From NCBI GenBank assembly GCA_024650005.2, contig CP122380.1, positions 256,001 through 320,000 of the forward strand: a DNA stretch of 64,000 bases. The letters are read 5' to 3'. The stretch's first letter is position 1. Each line of letters begins with the position of its first letter. The position numbers were made by a program, and so were the translations under genes. Below, piece by piece: positions 19,833-29,654 of the stretch. The notes under the pieces are model-generated. The model was not told where the DNA came from and made no database searches. It worked only from the letters and a program-made list of their open reading frames with translations. The DNA is from Candidatus Bathyarchaeum tardum. GTDB lineage: Archaea; Thermoproteota; Bathyarchaeia; Bathyarchaeales; Bathyarchaeaceae.

Positions 19833-20035
19833 GATCATATTGTAAAAGAATTTGAATGGATGGTAGTACTCCGGTTGGTTGAAGTGAAGCGACTCAAAAC
19901 GTTGTTACTGAAGCACCAAAGACAATCAAGAACATTAACTGTATAGAAGTAAAACATTGAACTGCAAAAGACGCAAATGCAAAAACTATGGAATACCCTG
20001 TTGATGTGAAGATTTCTTTCATTGCGGATCAGTAA
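19833..20035 (+). pseudogene. Dodecin-family pseudogene
   Basis: DHIVKEFE / frameshift / GSTPVG*SEATQNVVTEAPKTIKNINCIEVKH*TAK...TMEYPVDVKISFIADQ*, matching the dodecin pattern GSS..SW..A...A...A.KT.+NI...EV. Confidence 0.7.
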
Positions 20036-20060
20036 ACTGTAAACGTTTTGGGCTAGTTTT

Positions 20061-20375
20061 TTATCCAACGCATTTTATTGTTTTTTCTTTATCTACTTCG
20101 TCTTTTAGTTGGTCCCATGTGAACATTTCAAAACAGATCAGAGTTTCTGTTTTTCGTATGTACCGAGAATTTCGCAGTTCGATAATTCTACGGTCAATGT
20201 CTTTCATGTCGCCGTGAAGTAAGCAGATGAAATCGTATGTGCCATGGACAAAGTCTGTGCGTTCTATCTTGGAGTCTAAAATAAGTCCCTTTTGTAGGAT
20301 TTCTTCACAGAATTCTTTTTCTTTTCCTGCAATAAGTTCAACTAGAACATATGCGCGAATACTTTGAGAGCTCAC
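20061..20375 (-). CDS. Lrp/AsnC ligand-binding (RAM) domain protein
   Basis: RAYVLV...G.YD.I...TETLI pattern, no HTH. Confidence 0.7.
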   Translation of the reverse strand: MSSQSIRAYVLVELIAGKEKEFCEEILQKGLILDSKIERTDFVHGTYDFICLLHGDMKDIDRRIIELRNSRYIRKTETLICFEMFTWDQLKDEVDKEKTIKCVG

Positions 20376-20500
20376 AAAATATAATATGTAATATCAAGCT
20401 TAAATTTTTTTTGAAGATTTAAATTTTGTTCATCGGCGTTTTTTGATTTGTTCGCTTAATGTTTAAACGGTAATCAAACAAACACATCTATTGCAGAAAA

Positions 20501-21064
20501 ATGCAAAACATGAACTTTGAATATCCCAAACTTGGAATTTGTGGGCTTTCTTGCCGGCTTTGTCCTATGTATCATACAGAAGGAAAAAGTAAATGTGGCG
20601 GCTGCAAAAGTGAGTTCAGGATTGCTGCTGGTTGTCCCTTTATCACTTGTGCAATTAAGAAAAAACAAATTGAATTTTGTTGGAACTGCAATGAACACAC
20701 AACTTGTGAAAAATGGAAAAAACACCGAGAAATAGGAAAAAAGTACGACTCATTCAAGTGTTATCAAAAGCTTGAAGCCAACATTGTTTTTATTCAAAAA
20801 AATGGGGTTATAAAATTTGAAAAGTTGCAACAGTCTAGGGAAAAATTGCTTGAAGAAATGTTAAAATTATTCAATGAAGGTCGTTCAAAACGGTATTATT
20901 GTATTGTGGCAACCGTTTTTGAAATTGAGGACCTACAAAAGCTCTTAAACAAAGCAACAGAAAAATCAAAAGGTCTAGATTTGAAAGAAAAATCTAAGTT
21001 ACTTCATTCTTTGTTGGATTCAACAGCACAGAAAAAGGGTTATTTGTTGAAACTACGCAAGTAA
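20501..21064 (+). CDS. DUF3795-family Cys-rich protein
   Basis: CGLSCRLCP...CGGC...CPFITC...FCWNC...C. Confidence 0.8.
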   Translation: MQNMNFEYPKLGICGLSCRLCPMYHTEGKSKCGGCKSEFRIAAGCPFITCAIKKKQIEFCWNCNEHTTCEKWKKHREIGKKYDSFKCYQKLEANIVFIQKNGVIKFEKLQQSREKLLEEMLKLFNEGRSKRYYCIVATVFEIEDLQKLLNKATEKSKGLDLKEKSKLLHSLLDSTAQKKGYLLKLRK

Positions 21065-21082
21065 TTCTTGTTTCTGTATGTG

Positions 21083-21688
21083 TTATATTATAAAGTTCCA
21101 CCCTGAGCTATGTCCGTGCCAGAAGAACTCGTGGAGTTCTCCTAGGCTTCTGAATCCGAAATTGTTTTTGATTGACTTGCAGAGTTCATTAAAGTCAAGA
21201 TAGTTTTCGGCAGTTTTCACGTTTAAATCGATAATTTCCCAATCCACTACATGGGCCAAAAAATCTTCAATTCCGTTTACGACGTTTTGGTGATAAATTG
21301 TATATTCGTCATTATTTACTGACGCCATAAGTTGCGAAACAAGACATGGATCAAAACCTTGCAAATCCATTACTGTTTGGAGCCTTTCTTTGAGGGGGCG
21401 GATTCCAAGGAACAGGTCAAAAAGTTTCAGTTTCACTTCGTTGAAATCGTTGGCTACCACAATAGTTTCTGCTAATTGTTTGGATACACTTTTGGGCAAA
21501 AACAGTTTGCTCAGTAACAATTTTTTGAATTCATCTGGCGTTAGGTTAACCAGTTCTGTGGTTAATTTTGGTTTGAGTTTTGCAGAACGTAGATCGTGCC
21601 AAATAACGTCAGGGTAATGGTACTCTGCCATTCTGAACCGTTCAAGAACCTCATTAACATTCAATTTTTTCACTTCCAAAAACGGCAA
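21083..21688 (-). CDS. Hypothetical protein
   Basis: 201-aa ORF filling the gap, normal composition. Confidence 0.6.
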   Translation of the reverse strand: MPFLEVKKLNVNEVLERFRMAEYHYPDVIWHDLRSAKLKPKLTTELVNLTPDEFKKLLLSKLFLPKSVSKQLAETIVVANDFNEVKLKLFDLFLGIRPLKERLQTVMDLQGFDPCLVSQLMASVNNDEYTIYHQNVVNGIEDFLAHVVDWEIIDLNVKTAENYLDFNELCKSIKNNFGFRSLGELHEFFWHGHSSGWNFII

Positions 21689-21735
21689 ACCGATACTATT
21701 AATTGTGTTTTCAGAAGATATAAGCCTTCGTTCGC

Positions 21736-22830
21736 CTAAAATTTTGTTACTTTATGTTTTGCCCAAATTCTACATGTGCCTTCGTTAGAAACCATGCACG
21801 CTCCTTTCGGAGACTCGGGATTACATTCTGTTAGGTAACTTGGACATTCTGACGGTCTAATCCTGCCGACCATAACCAAATGACATAAACACCCCTTCAA
21901 AATATCTTTTGAATCCTTGATGTGCAAATCATATTTTGAACGCGTGTCGTATTTCTCAAAGTCTTTTTTTAATACTAACCCCGATTTAGGAATCTTTCCA
22001 ATTCCCCGCCACTTTCCATCTACGACATCAAAAACTTGTTCAACCAATTTTTGAGCCTTAACATTGCCTTCCCACGAAACAACCCGGCTGTACTCATTTT
22101 CTAATCTGGCTTTACCATCTTTAAGTTGTTTCAAAAGCATGTCCACAGCAAACAAAATGTCCAACGGCTCAAAACCCGCTGCAACTGTTGGCATACAATA
22201 TTTTTTAGGAAAAATTTCGTAAGGCTTCATTCCTGCAATCGTGCAAACATGACCTGCAGCAATAAAACCATCGATCTGCAAGTCTTCAATTCCTAGAAGC
22301 AATTCCATGGCTGGTGGAATAACCCTGTGAGAAACAAGAAAACTAAAATTTTCAGGCGGATTACTAATCAGTTCAACTGCAGTAGCAGGGGTAGTGGTTT
22401 CAAAACCAATAGCAAGAAACACAAACTCTTTTTCTGGATTCTTTTTTGCCATCTGTATCGCGTCATGTAACCCGTAAACTATTCTAACGTCTGCTCCTGC
22501 AGCTTTTGCTTTTTGCAAGGACGTTGTTGAACCCGGAACTCTGATAAGGTCACCAAAACTGGTAATTGTTACTCCCTTTTCTGCGAGAGCTATGGCTTCA
22601 TCGATGTCTGCTGCTGGAAGAATGCAAACAGGGCATCCTGGACCTGCAATTACTTCTACGCCCTGTGGAAGAAGGGACCGAAGACCAAAATGGGTAATAG
22701 TCCATTCGTGGGTTCCGCAGACGTGACAAAACTTTACTGGGTGTTCTGGAGCAATTTTTTTGATGTGCTCTGCAGCTTTTTTTGCTAGTTGGGGGTCTCG
22801 GAAGTTTTCGGGGTTATTGTTGATTGTCAT
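21736..22830 (-). CDS. hypD: Hydrogenase maturation protein HypD
   Basis: CGTH, GPGCPVC, GFETT, GACMVSNEGTC. Confidence 0.97.
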   Translation of the reverse strand: MTINNNPENFRDPQLAKKAAEHIKKIAPEHPVKFCHVCGTHEWTITHFGLRSLLPQGVEVIAGPGCPVCILPAADIDEAIALAEKGVTITSFGDLIRVPGSTTSLQKAKAAGADVRIVYGLHDAIQMAKKNPEKEFVFLAIGFETTTPATAVELISNPPENFSFLVSHRVIPPAMELLLGIEDLQIDGFIAAGHVCTIAGMKPYEIFPKKYCMPTVAAGFEPLDILFAVDMLLKQLKDGKARLENEYSRVVSWEGNVKAQKLVEQVFDVVDGKWRGIGKIPKSGLVLKKDFEKYDTRSKYDLHIKDSKDILKGCLCHLVMVGRIRPSECPSYLTECNPESPKGACMVSNEGTCRIWAKHKVTKF

Positions 22831-23230
22831 TGTCTTTTTCCTGCGGTTTGAGAATTGTTATACTCTTTATTGTGCATTCTTTTCCTTCAACTATTTTTGC
22901 TTCTTTTCCACATTTCGGACATTTCAACGTTGGAACTGGAATATGATAAGTTGGGTCATCTTTGATGGGTACTGGACCTTTGAATCCACAACTGCTGCAT
23001 TGTATGACTCCATTATTTTCTTCAATTATTAGTTTAGAGTCTTTCAAAATTGTGTCTTTTACTAAAATGCCGTAAGAGAAGCGTATTTGGTCGATGCCCA
23101 GAAACGTCATTTTTCCAATAACCAACTGAACTTCAGAAACTTTTTTTGCACCATGCCTTTTTGCTTCTTCCAAAATATTTTCTACGATTTGTGTCGCCAT
23201 GGAAAATTCATGCACCTTAAAAATCTCCAA
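22814..23230 (-). CDS. hypA: Hydrogenase nickel metallochaperone HypA
   Basis: (V/M)HEFSMA, CSSC...CPKC; real start probably the GTG of VHEFS. Confidence 0.93.
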   Translation of the reverse strand: MEIFKVHEFSMATQIVENILEEAKRHGAKKVSEVQLVIGKMTFLGIDQIRFSYGILVKDTILKDSKLIIEENNGVIQCSSCGFKGPVPIKDDPTYHIPVPTLKCPKCGKEAKIVEGKECTIKSITILKPQEKDNDNQQ

Positions 23231-23231
23231 A

Positions 23232-23918
23232 CTACAGTTCCAATGCCTTGATTAGTTCTTCAACACCCTCCCCTGTTAGAGCGTTAGTAATCGCAACTTT
23301 CACGTTGGGTTTTACTTCTTTAGCTTGATTCTCAAGTTGTTTTGTGTCGATTTTCATTGTTTTGGCTAAATCTTTCTTGTTTATAACCATAATATCAGCA
23401 TTCATGAAAGTAAACGGATGCTTGAGTACCATGTATGGACCTTCAGTAACGCTGATTACAACTACCCGTTTGTCTGTGCCCAAGGGAAATTCGGCAGGAC
23501 AGATAAGATTGCCAACGTTTTCGATAATCAACAAATCAATGTTTTCTATCTTGATTTTTTCTACCGCTTTTGAAACCACGTGAGCGTCTAAATGGCATTC
23601 TCGTCCAGTGTTAATGGTAACCACCTGAACCCCATGGCGCCCTATCCGTTCTGCGTCTATAGTAGTTGTTAGGTCACCTTTGAAAACTGCAATTCGGTAA
23701 TTTTGTTTAAGTTTCTGGACAAGCTGTTCAATTAGGCTGGTTTTTCCAGCACCTATGGAACCCATGATGTCGATTGCTTTCACGTTATGTTTCTTTAGCA
23801 TTTCTTGATTTTTTCTGGCAAACTCCTTGTTAACTTGCAAGATGTTCATTCCGGGCTTTAATTCAAGGCTCACTTCGTTACCATTTATCACTTGTTTGTT
23901 TTTTGTCAATATGTTCAC
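23232..23918 (-). CDS. hypB: Hydrogenase nickel incorporation GTPase HypB
   Basis: GAGKT, CHLDA, ENVGNLICPA, SVTEG, NKKD. Confidence 0.95.
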   Translation of the reverse strand: MNILTKNKQVINGNEVSLELKPGMNILQVNKEFARKNQEMLKKHNVKAIDIMGSIGAGKTSLIEQLVQKLKQNYRIAVFKGDLTTTIDAERIGRHGVQVVTINTGRECHLDAHVVSKAVEKIKIENIDLLIIENVGNLICPAEFPLGTDKRVVVISVTEGPYMVLKHPFTFMNADIMVINKKDLAKTMKIDTKQLENQAKEVKPNVKVAITNALTGEGVEELIKALEL

Positions 23919-23922
23919 GCCT

Positions 23923-24141
23923 TTAACTTTGTTCCAAAACTTGACGCCACATGTCTAGGCTCTCTTGTGCGGCTTTTTGATCCAGCTTTTCGATGGCATA
24001 TCCTGCATGAACTAATACATATTCTCCTACCTGAGCGTCAACTAGCATAACGTTTACTTCTCGGGCAACGCCTTGCCCAAAATCTACCTTGGCAATGTTC
24101 CCGTTAACTTCAAGAACTTTTGCCGGAATTGCGAGACACAA
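23923..24141 (-). CDS. hypC: Hydrogenase chaperone HypC
   Basis: MCLAIPA...GEYVLVHAGYA. Confidence 0.97.
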   Translation of the reverse strand: MCLAIPAKVLEVNGNIAKVDFGQGVAREVNVMLVDAQVGEYVLVHAGYAIEKLDQKAAQESLDMWRQVLEQS

Positions 24142-24224
24142 ATTTTCTCACCCTAAATTGTTTAGAAACCAGAAACTAACGTTCTGTAACCATGAAAAGT
24201 GACTGAATTCCCCATTTATTTAAC

Positions 24225-26498
24225 CTATTGGTTTTGCTTCAAACCAGCAACTACTGCTTGTCCAAAAGAAGTTCCACCATCCCCAGCAGGAATTTTATTG
24301 TGAACAAGGAACCTAAACCCAGCATTTTCTACAGTTTTTCGTATTGTTGCTGTTATGTGCTCGTTGTAGGCGACTCCTCCGGAAAAACCAACGTCTTTCA
24401 CTTTTAGTTGCTCTGCATGTTTCACTGCCAACTCCCCTAAGCCCCTGCCCAAATATGATTGAGCAGAACACGCCAAATCTGCTAAAGAAACTTTGGCTTT
24501 GTTACTGAAAATTTCATGAACCATAAACGCTGTATCCAGCACGTTATCCTTGATTTTGGGAACCAACTTCAGTACATCTTTACCTTTTGCTGCCACAGAT
24601 TCCAGTTTCATTGCAGGTTCCCCTTCGTAACTGCGCTCATAACAGATACCCAACAACGCCGAAACAGCATCCAGCACGCGTCCGCAACTGGTGGTTGTTG
24701 GTGCTGTTCCTTTTTCTAACTGTTTGATTATCAGTTCTGCTTCAACTTTTCCGTGGGGCAAATGATTACTGCTGGAAATTAGCCAATCTGTAATGTCCAT
24801 TTTTTTGTTTAATATTCCTGCAGCAATGCGCAACGGATGGTATGTTGCGAGGTCGCCTCCAACTATTGGTTGGGGTTCAAGGTTAGCTAACCGTTTGGAG
24901 CCTTCATTGTTAGAGTACAAGACTTCTCCTCCCCATGCTGAGCCGTCAGAGCCATATCCGTAACCATCACATGTTATTGCAACGACTTCTTGGGTTTCCC
25001 ATTCTGCCATCAACGCTGCGGCATGGGCATGATGATGTTGAACCTGAACAACCGGACAATCCAGTTTGGCTGCTAAATCTTGAGCCAATTTAGTTGTGGT
25101 AAATCGCGGATGAAGGTCACAGGCTACTGTTCCGATTTTGCAGTTGGTTAACTTGGTCAAATGAGTTATCGAATCTTTAAGAAAACGCAGGTTCTCTAGG
25201 TTTTCTACATCGCCGATGTGCTGAGAAATAAACGCCCTGTTTTGAGAAAGTATGCATGAAGTAACATTTAGTTCTCCTCCAACTGCCAAGACACAACGGT
25301 CCGACACAAATTTAACCTGAACCGGTTCGGGAACATATCCCCTTGAGCGCCGAATCAACGATGGATCTTTGCCGTGAAAACGAACAACAGAATCGTCACA
25401 TCTTTTAGCTAATGCTCTGTTGTGCATCAAAAAATACTCAACAGTTTTCCCCAGTTTTTGTATTGCTTGGTTGTTGTCTATAACTATGGGTTCGCTAGGC
25501 GGATTGGCGCTAGTCATTACAAAGGCTGGCTCTTTAACCTGATCAAAGAGCATGGCATGCAATCCCGTGTAAGGAAGCATCACACCCAATGTGTGTAGTT
25601 GGGGCGAAACTAATTCTGAAAGATAATATTTTGGGCTTTTTTTGAGCAAAACAATCGGCTTACGGCACGAAATCAAAAGCTCAGTTTCCCACTGATTTAA
25701 TTCCGCAAATGTTCTAACTGTTTCCAAATCTGGAGCCATTACCCCAAAAGGTTTGTTTTTTCGATGCTTGTCTATTCGTAACTTTGCTATTGGCTCTGGG
25801 TTTATAGTAGAAGTGGCAACATGAAAACCTCCATTTCCTTTAATGGCAACAACATTGCCTTCTTCTAGCAGCCTTCCTGTTTCCCTGATTGGGTCTCTCG
25901 AATCAATTGGTTCTCCCTTGTTTGTTACAAGGTACGCTTTTGGTCCACATTTTAGGCATGCAACTGTTTGGGCGTGAAATCTGCGGTTTGATGGGTCACT
26001 GTATTCTTTGGTGCAGGCTTCACACATGGGAAATTGGTTCATGGTTGTGTTTGATCTATCGTAGGGAATGCTGTTGATTATGGTGTATCGTGGTCCGCAA
26101 TCTGTGCAGGTTGTAAAAAAATAGTTGAAACGCCTGTTTTTGGGGGCACGCATTTCTTGTAAACATTCGTCACAGATTGAAACGTCTGGTGGAATTACAG
26201 AGCCTGAAAGCTCTGTTTCTCTTGAGCTTTTGATTATCTTGAATTCTGTAAATTCTTGTTCTTGTTTTTTGTAGTTTACTTGGGTATTGTAGAGTTGTGC
26301 CAAAACAGGTTTTTTTGTTTCCAAATCTTTCAGGAACTGCTTGATGTCTGATTGTTTGCCTTCCAAAACGATTTTGACTCCAGCGTCACCCCTGTTTCGC
26401 ACAAAGCCTGTTAACTTGTTGTTTAGTGCTGTTCGGTAAATGAATGGGCGAATACCAACGCCCTGAACTATGCCGCTGACCAGTATTTCGGCACGCAA
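24225..26498 (-). CDS. hypF: Carbamoyltransferase HypF
   Basis: G.VQGVG.RP acylphosphatase domain, CTDCGPRY, RRFHAQ, QHHHAH, DGYGYG, GDGG.S.GQ. Confidence 0.97.
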   Translation of the reverse strand: MRAEILVSGIVQGVGIRPFIYRTALNNKLTGFVRNRGDAGVKIVLEGKQSDIKQFLKDLETKKPVLAQLYNTQVNYKKQEQEFTEFKIIKSSRETELSGSVIPPDVSICDECLQEMRAPKNRRFNYFFTTCTDCGPRYTIINSIPYDRSNTTMNQFPMCEACTKEYSDPSNRRFHAQTVACLKCGPKAYLVTNKGEPIDSRDPIRETGRLLEEGNVVAIKGNGGFHVATSTINPEPIAKLRIDKHRKNKPFGVMAPDLETVRTFAELNQWETELLISCRKPIVLLKKSPKYYLSELVSPQLHTLGVMLPYTGLHAMLFDQVKEPAFVMTSANPPSEPIVIDNNQAIQKLGKTVEYFLMHNRALAKRCDDSVVRFHGKDPSLIRRSRGYVPEPVQVKFVSDRCVLAVGGELNVTSCILSQNRAFISQHIGDVENLENLRFLKDSITHLTKLTNCKIGTVACDLHPRFTTTKLAQDLAAKLDCPVVQVQHHHAHAAALMAEWETQEVVAITCDGYGYGSDGSAWGGEVLYSNNEGSKRLANLEPQPIVGGDLATYHPLRIAAGILNKKMDITDWLISSSNHLPHGKVEAELIIKQLEKGTAPTTTSCGRVLDAVSALLGICYERSYEGEPAMKLESVAAKGKDVLKLVPKIKDNVLDTAFMVHEIFSNKAKVSLADLACSAQSYLGRGLGELAVKHAEQLKVKDVGFSGGVAYNEHITATIRKTVENAGFRFLVHNKIPAGDGGTSFGQAVVAGLKQNQ

Positions 26499-26612
26499 AG
26501 GCTAGCAAAACTCCCGTAAACTAGAAAAACAGTTTCGTTTGGGCAACTAATAAAGGGAATCATTTTACCGTAAACTTTTTATCGATATGTTTACTTGTGC
26601 ATATCGGTTTCC

Positions 26613-27170
26613 ATGGAAAACAAAACGCAAGCCCTTCAGGCAAACATCAAAAAAACAAAAACAGTAGACTTGGTCACCATATCCCTTTTGGCAAGTTTGG
26701 GTCTTGCATCAAAAAGCATTCTCAGACCACTGGTTGGCGTGATAACCAGTTCTTTATACATTCCAACTGGGGCTGTGGCTGGAGGACTGTACATGATGTG
26801 GCCTGTAATCGCGTATGGGCTTGTGCGAAAACGTGGAGCTGCAACCACGATCTCGCTGGTTCAAGCGATAATCAGCCTAGTATCTCCTTTTGGAAATTTT
26901 GGCATTTTCTCCTTTGTTATCTATCTTGCTCCGGGATTGGCAATCGACGCGTTTCTGTTTTTGACTCGACACAAATCATGTTGCATGGCCTGCTGTTTTG
27001 GAGCTTCTGCCATTGCAAATGTAGTAGGAACAGCATTAGTTGGCGTTTTAGTTCTTGCCTTACCAACGGTTCCATTGATGTTCTCGTTAATTTTGGCTGC
27101 AATAAGCGGAGGTTTGGGTGGATTTATCGCAAACACGGTACTGGTTGAATGCAAAAAAATAGGATTTTGA
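26613..27170 (+). CDS. ECF transporter substrate-binding (S) component
   Basis: About 6 TM helices, GG.YMMW, VRKRGAA, PGLAID pattern of ECF S components. Confidence 0.75.
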   Translation: MENKTQALQANIKKTKTVDLVTISLLASLGLASKSILRPLVGVITSSLYIPTGAVAGGLYMMWPVIAYGLVRKRGAATTISLVQAIISLVSPFGNFGIFSFVIYLAPGLAIDAFLFLTRHKSCCMACCFGASAIANVVGTALVGVLVLALPTVPLMFSLILAAISGGLGGFIANTVLVECKKIGF

Positions 27171-27180
27171 GGAAAAAATC

Positions 27181-28089
27181 ATGAACAATAAAGTAATAAT
27201 TGCTGTAATTGTTATCACAATAATTGGAGTGTCTGCAGGAGCTTACCTGTTATTGCCTTCTGCTTTTGGAAACAGTTTGCTTCCTTCAGGGACTGCCCCC
27301 GACTGGGAAATCACCGTTTCCGGAGAGGGCACAACCACTACAGTTGTGTCTGTTAGTGACATGACTGAAATGCCCCTCACGAACGTGACTCACACCATCA
27401 AAGGTGAAATTGCAACCTATGTTGGGGTTTTGTTTAATGATTTTTGTGAGCAAAGCGGAGTTAGTTGGTGTGCAGGACCAGTAGAAGTAACTGCTTCTGA
27501 TGGTTACGCAAAAACTGTAAACCTGTATCAAGCTTGGAACAGCACCCAATATCCCGAAGAAAAAATGATTCTTGCCTTTGTGAAGGATGGCGAATACATG
27601 ACCGAAGAAACTGGCGGTCCAGTTCAGTTGATTGCTCCTTCCCTTGCTAGCCAGTATCAAATCAAAAACATTGCCAGTATTAACGTGGGGCTTTGGGCAA
27701 TTCAAGTATCTGGTGGAGTTTCAAACCCAATGAACATAACTGGACTAGACATAACCGGCTTTGAAACCAAAACGGTGCAATTGGCTTTTGCTCCGGGTGG
27801 TGAACCCCAACGAACCTCAAATTGGACTGGAGCCGATTTGTGGGATATTCTTGAAGCGGCTGGGGTTTCTGAGTCCGCGACCACAATCAAAATTACTGCC
27901 ATCGATGGCTATGCACGAGAATACACCATGACACAAGCCCAAGTTGACGGAATGCTTGTTGGTTACATGGAAAACGGCGAATACTTGACTGTTAAGGACG
28001 GTCGACCTTTCCGTTTGTTCATGGAAGATCCCGAACTAAAATGGGGACAATACTGGGTCCGATGGGTTGCCCAAATAGAAGTCTACTAA
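27181..28089 (+). CDS. Membrane-anchored protein with two sulfite-oxidase-like molybdopterin-binding domains
   Basis: N-terminal TM; duplicated W.I.VSG, (Y/W).G, ASDGY/AIDGY, GGPVQL/GRPFRL, W.RWV..IEV; no Mo-ligating Cys seen. Confidence 0.75.
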   Translation: MNNKVIIAVIVITIIGVSAGAYLLLPSAFGNSLLPSGTAPDWEITVSGEGTTTTVVSVSDMTEMPLTNVTHTIKGEIATYVGVLFNDFCEQSGVSWCAGPVEVTASDGYAKTVNLYQAWNSTQYPEEKMILAFVKDGEYMTEETGGPVQLIAPSLASQYQIKNIASINVGLWAIQVSGGVSNPMNITGLDITGFETKTVQLAFAPGGEPQRTSNWTGADLWDILEAAGVSESATTIKITAIDGYAREYTMTQAQVDGMLVGYMENGEYLTVKDGRPFRLFMEDPELKWGQYWVRWVAQIEVY

Positions 28090-28105
28090 ACGAGTGAAAT
28101 AAACA

Positions 28106-28612
28106 ATGAATAAAGGAACTAGAACTGCTGTAATCTTTTTCGTTTTACTGGTTGCGGTTGCAGTTCCCCTCTACTTTTTCAGCCGACCCGCTGACGTGCA
28201 AGAAGGTGCCCTTCAGGTTCGAGGCAATGTAAACAATCCATTGAATTTAACAATTAGTGAGATTGAAGCTTTGCCTTCTTCTGACATGCAGGCGACGTTG
28301 GATTCTGCTATGCATGTTGAAGATGAAGGCAATTTCACTTACACTGGAGTTACTGTTGCAAGCCTTTTAGAATTGGCTGAAGTTTCTGAAGACGCTTCTT
28401 CCGTTTTGATCCAGTCCATAGACACCTATGCTATCACGTTGTCTGTTGACGAGATCATGAAAAACCCAAAAGTCATGCTAGTTTACCAACAAGACGGACA
28501 AGCCTTGGCTTCTCATGCTGAGGGTGGAAATGGTCCCTTGCGTCTCATAATTGGCTCAGACGAGTTTGCTCAGCGTTGGGTTACCAGTGTAGTGTTGCTT
28601 GAAATCAGTTAG
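28106..28612 (+). CDS. Membrane-anchored single molybdopterin-binding-domain protein
   Basis: LQVRGNV.NP, YTGV...LLE.A, SIDTY, GPLRLI, RWV..V. Confidence 0.75.
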   Translation: MNKGTRTAVIFFVLLVAVAVPLYFFSRPADVQEGALQVRGNVNNPLNLTISEIEALPSSDMQATLDSAMHVEDEGNFTYTGVTVASLLELAEVSEDASSVLIQSIDTYAITLSVDEIMKNPKVMLVYQQDGQALASHAEGGNGPLRLIIGSDEFAQRWVTSVVLLEIS

Positions 28613-28773
28613 GTTTGAGCCTTGAAAGCAATTTAAATACAAAAAACAGCGAACTTGCACACAACAAAGTTAACAACAATTGATTAAGCGTTAATGGCCT
28701 TTTCTTTGTGTTTGTCCATTTTGTGTGGACTAGTTTTTTTGTAGTATGGTTCAGTTTTAGCTGTAATCTAACC

Positions 28774-29550
28774 TTACTTGTTTTCTATCTTGAGCAACAA
28801 ACTGCGAACATCATCTACCCCATTAAGGGACTGTGCCATGCTGGTTACAATGTTTGTGATTATCTCTCTTGGAAAATCTTTGATAGGTATTCTTGTGCCG
28901 TTAACTTCCAAAACCACTGATTTTCCCGTCAACAGCGGGCAATTCTTTGCTTTTGGGTCCTCTGCAACCATGGCTTTTGCCAACTCATAACATGACTCAA
29001 ACCCGCATTCTCCACAATGAATCAAATCAGGAAGAATACTGAAGGCTTTTTGTTCAACTATGTCCGCAAGGTTTTTTGCTTCAGTTAGGCTTTTGACCAG
29101 AGGAATTTGTAAAGCAGCTGCTTTTTTTGTTTCTTGTTCAGATTCAACGATAAGCCCAGAAATTGCTATTGCTAATCCATCAGAATATTCGGTTACTTCT
29201 TGCATGGTTTTTGCTGCGATTATTTTTGGGAAAATTTTTTCGTTCTCAAAGCCTTCCAATAATACGTAATCCATTCCGTGTAGAAATTCTGTAAGATCGT
29301 TTAGTTTTTGTTTCTTTTTTACGAAAACAACTGTTTCGTTTTGTGGGACTGCTACAATAATTTCTGCCCCTGCTTCGCTGTGTTTCCATGTGTCATGCAC
29401 TGGAGACGGCGAATCTATTGTTTGTATTCGAGGCATGTGTTTAATGGTTCCCACTTTGTAGCCTCTGTTTTTTAATTCAGTAATTAGCTGTTGAATGATG
29501 GTTGTTTTTCCTGAATGTTTTTTTCCAACGACGGCGACAATTTTTGGCAT
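28774..29550 (-). CDS. mobB: MobB with C-terminal Fe-S domain
   Basis: GKKHSGKTT, GTIKH, DTWKH..AGA, LLEGF, then CGECGFESC...CP. Confidence 0.9.
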   Translation of the reverse strand: MPKIVAVVGKKHSGKTTIIQQLITELKNRGYKVGTIKHMPRIQTIDSPSPVHDTWKHSEAGAEIIVAVPQNETVVFVKKKQKLNDLTEFLHGMDYVLLEGFENEKIFPKIIAAKTMQEVTEYSDGLAIAISGLIVESEQETKKAAALQIPLVKSLTEAKNLADIVEQKAFSILPDLIHCGECGFESCYELAKAMVAEDPKAKNCPLLTGKSVVLEVNGTRIPIKDFPREIITNIVTSMAQSLNGVDDVRSLLLKIENK

Positions 29551-29654
29551 CCAAAATCACTTCACTGAAACAATAACATTTTATACTGTATATGCTTTTA
29601 TGCAAAAAAATTTATCTTTAGCGTTATTCCTAACTAGAAATAACGGGAAGTTTT

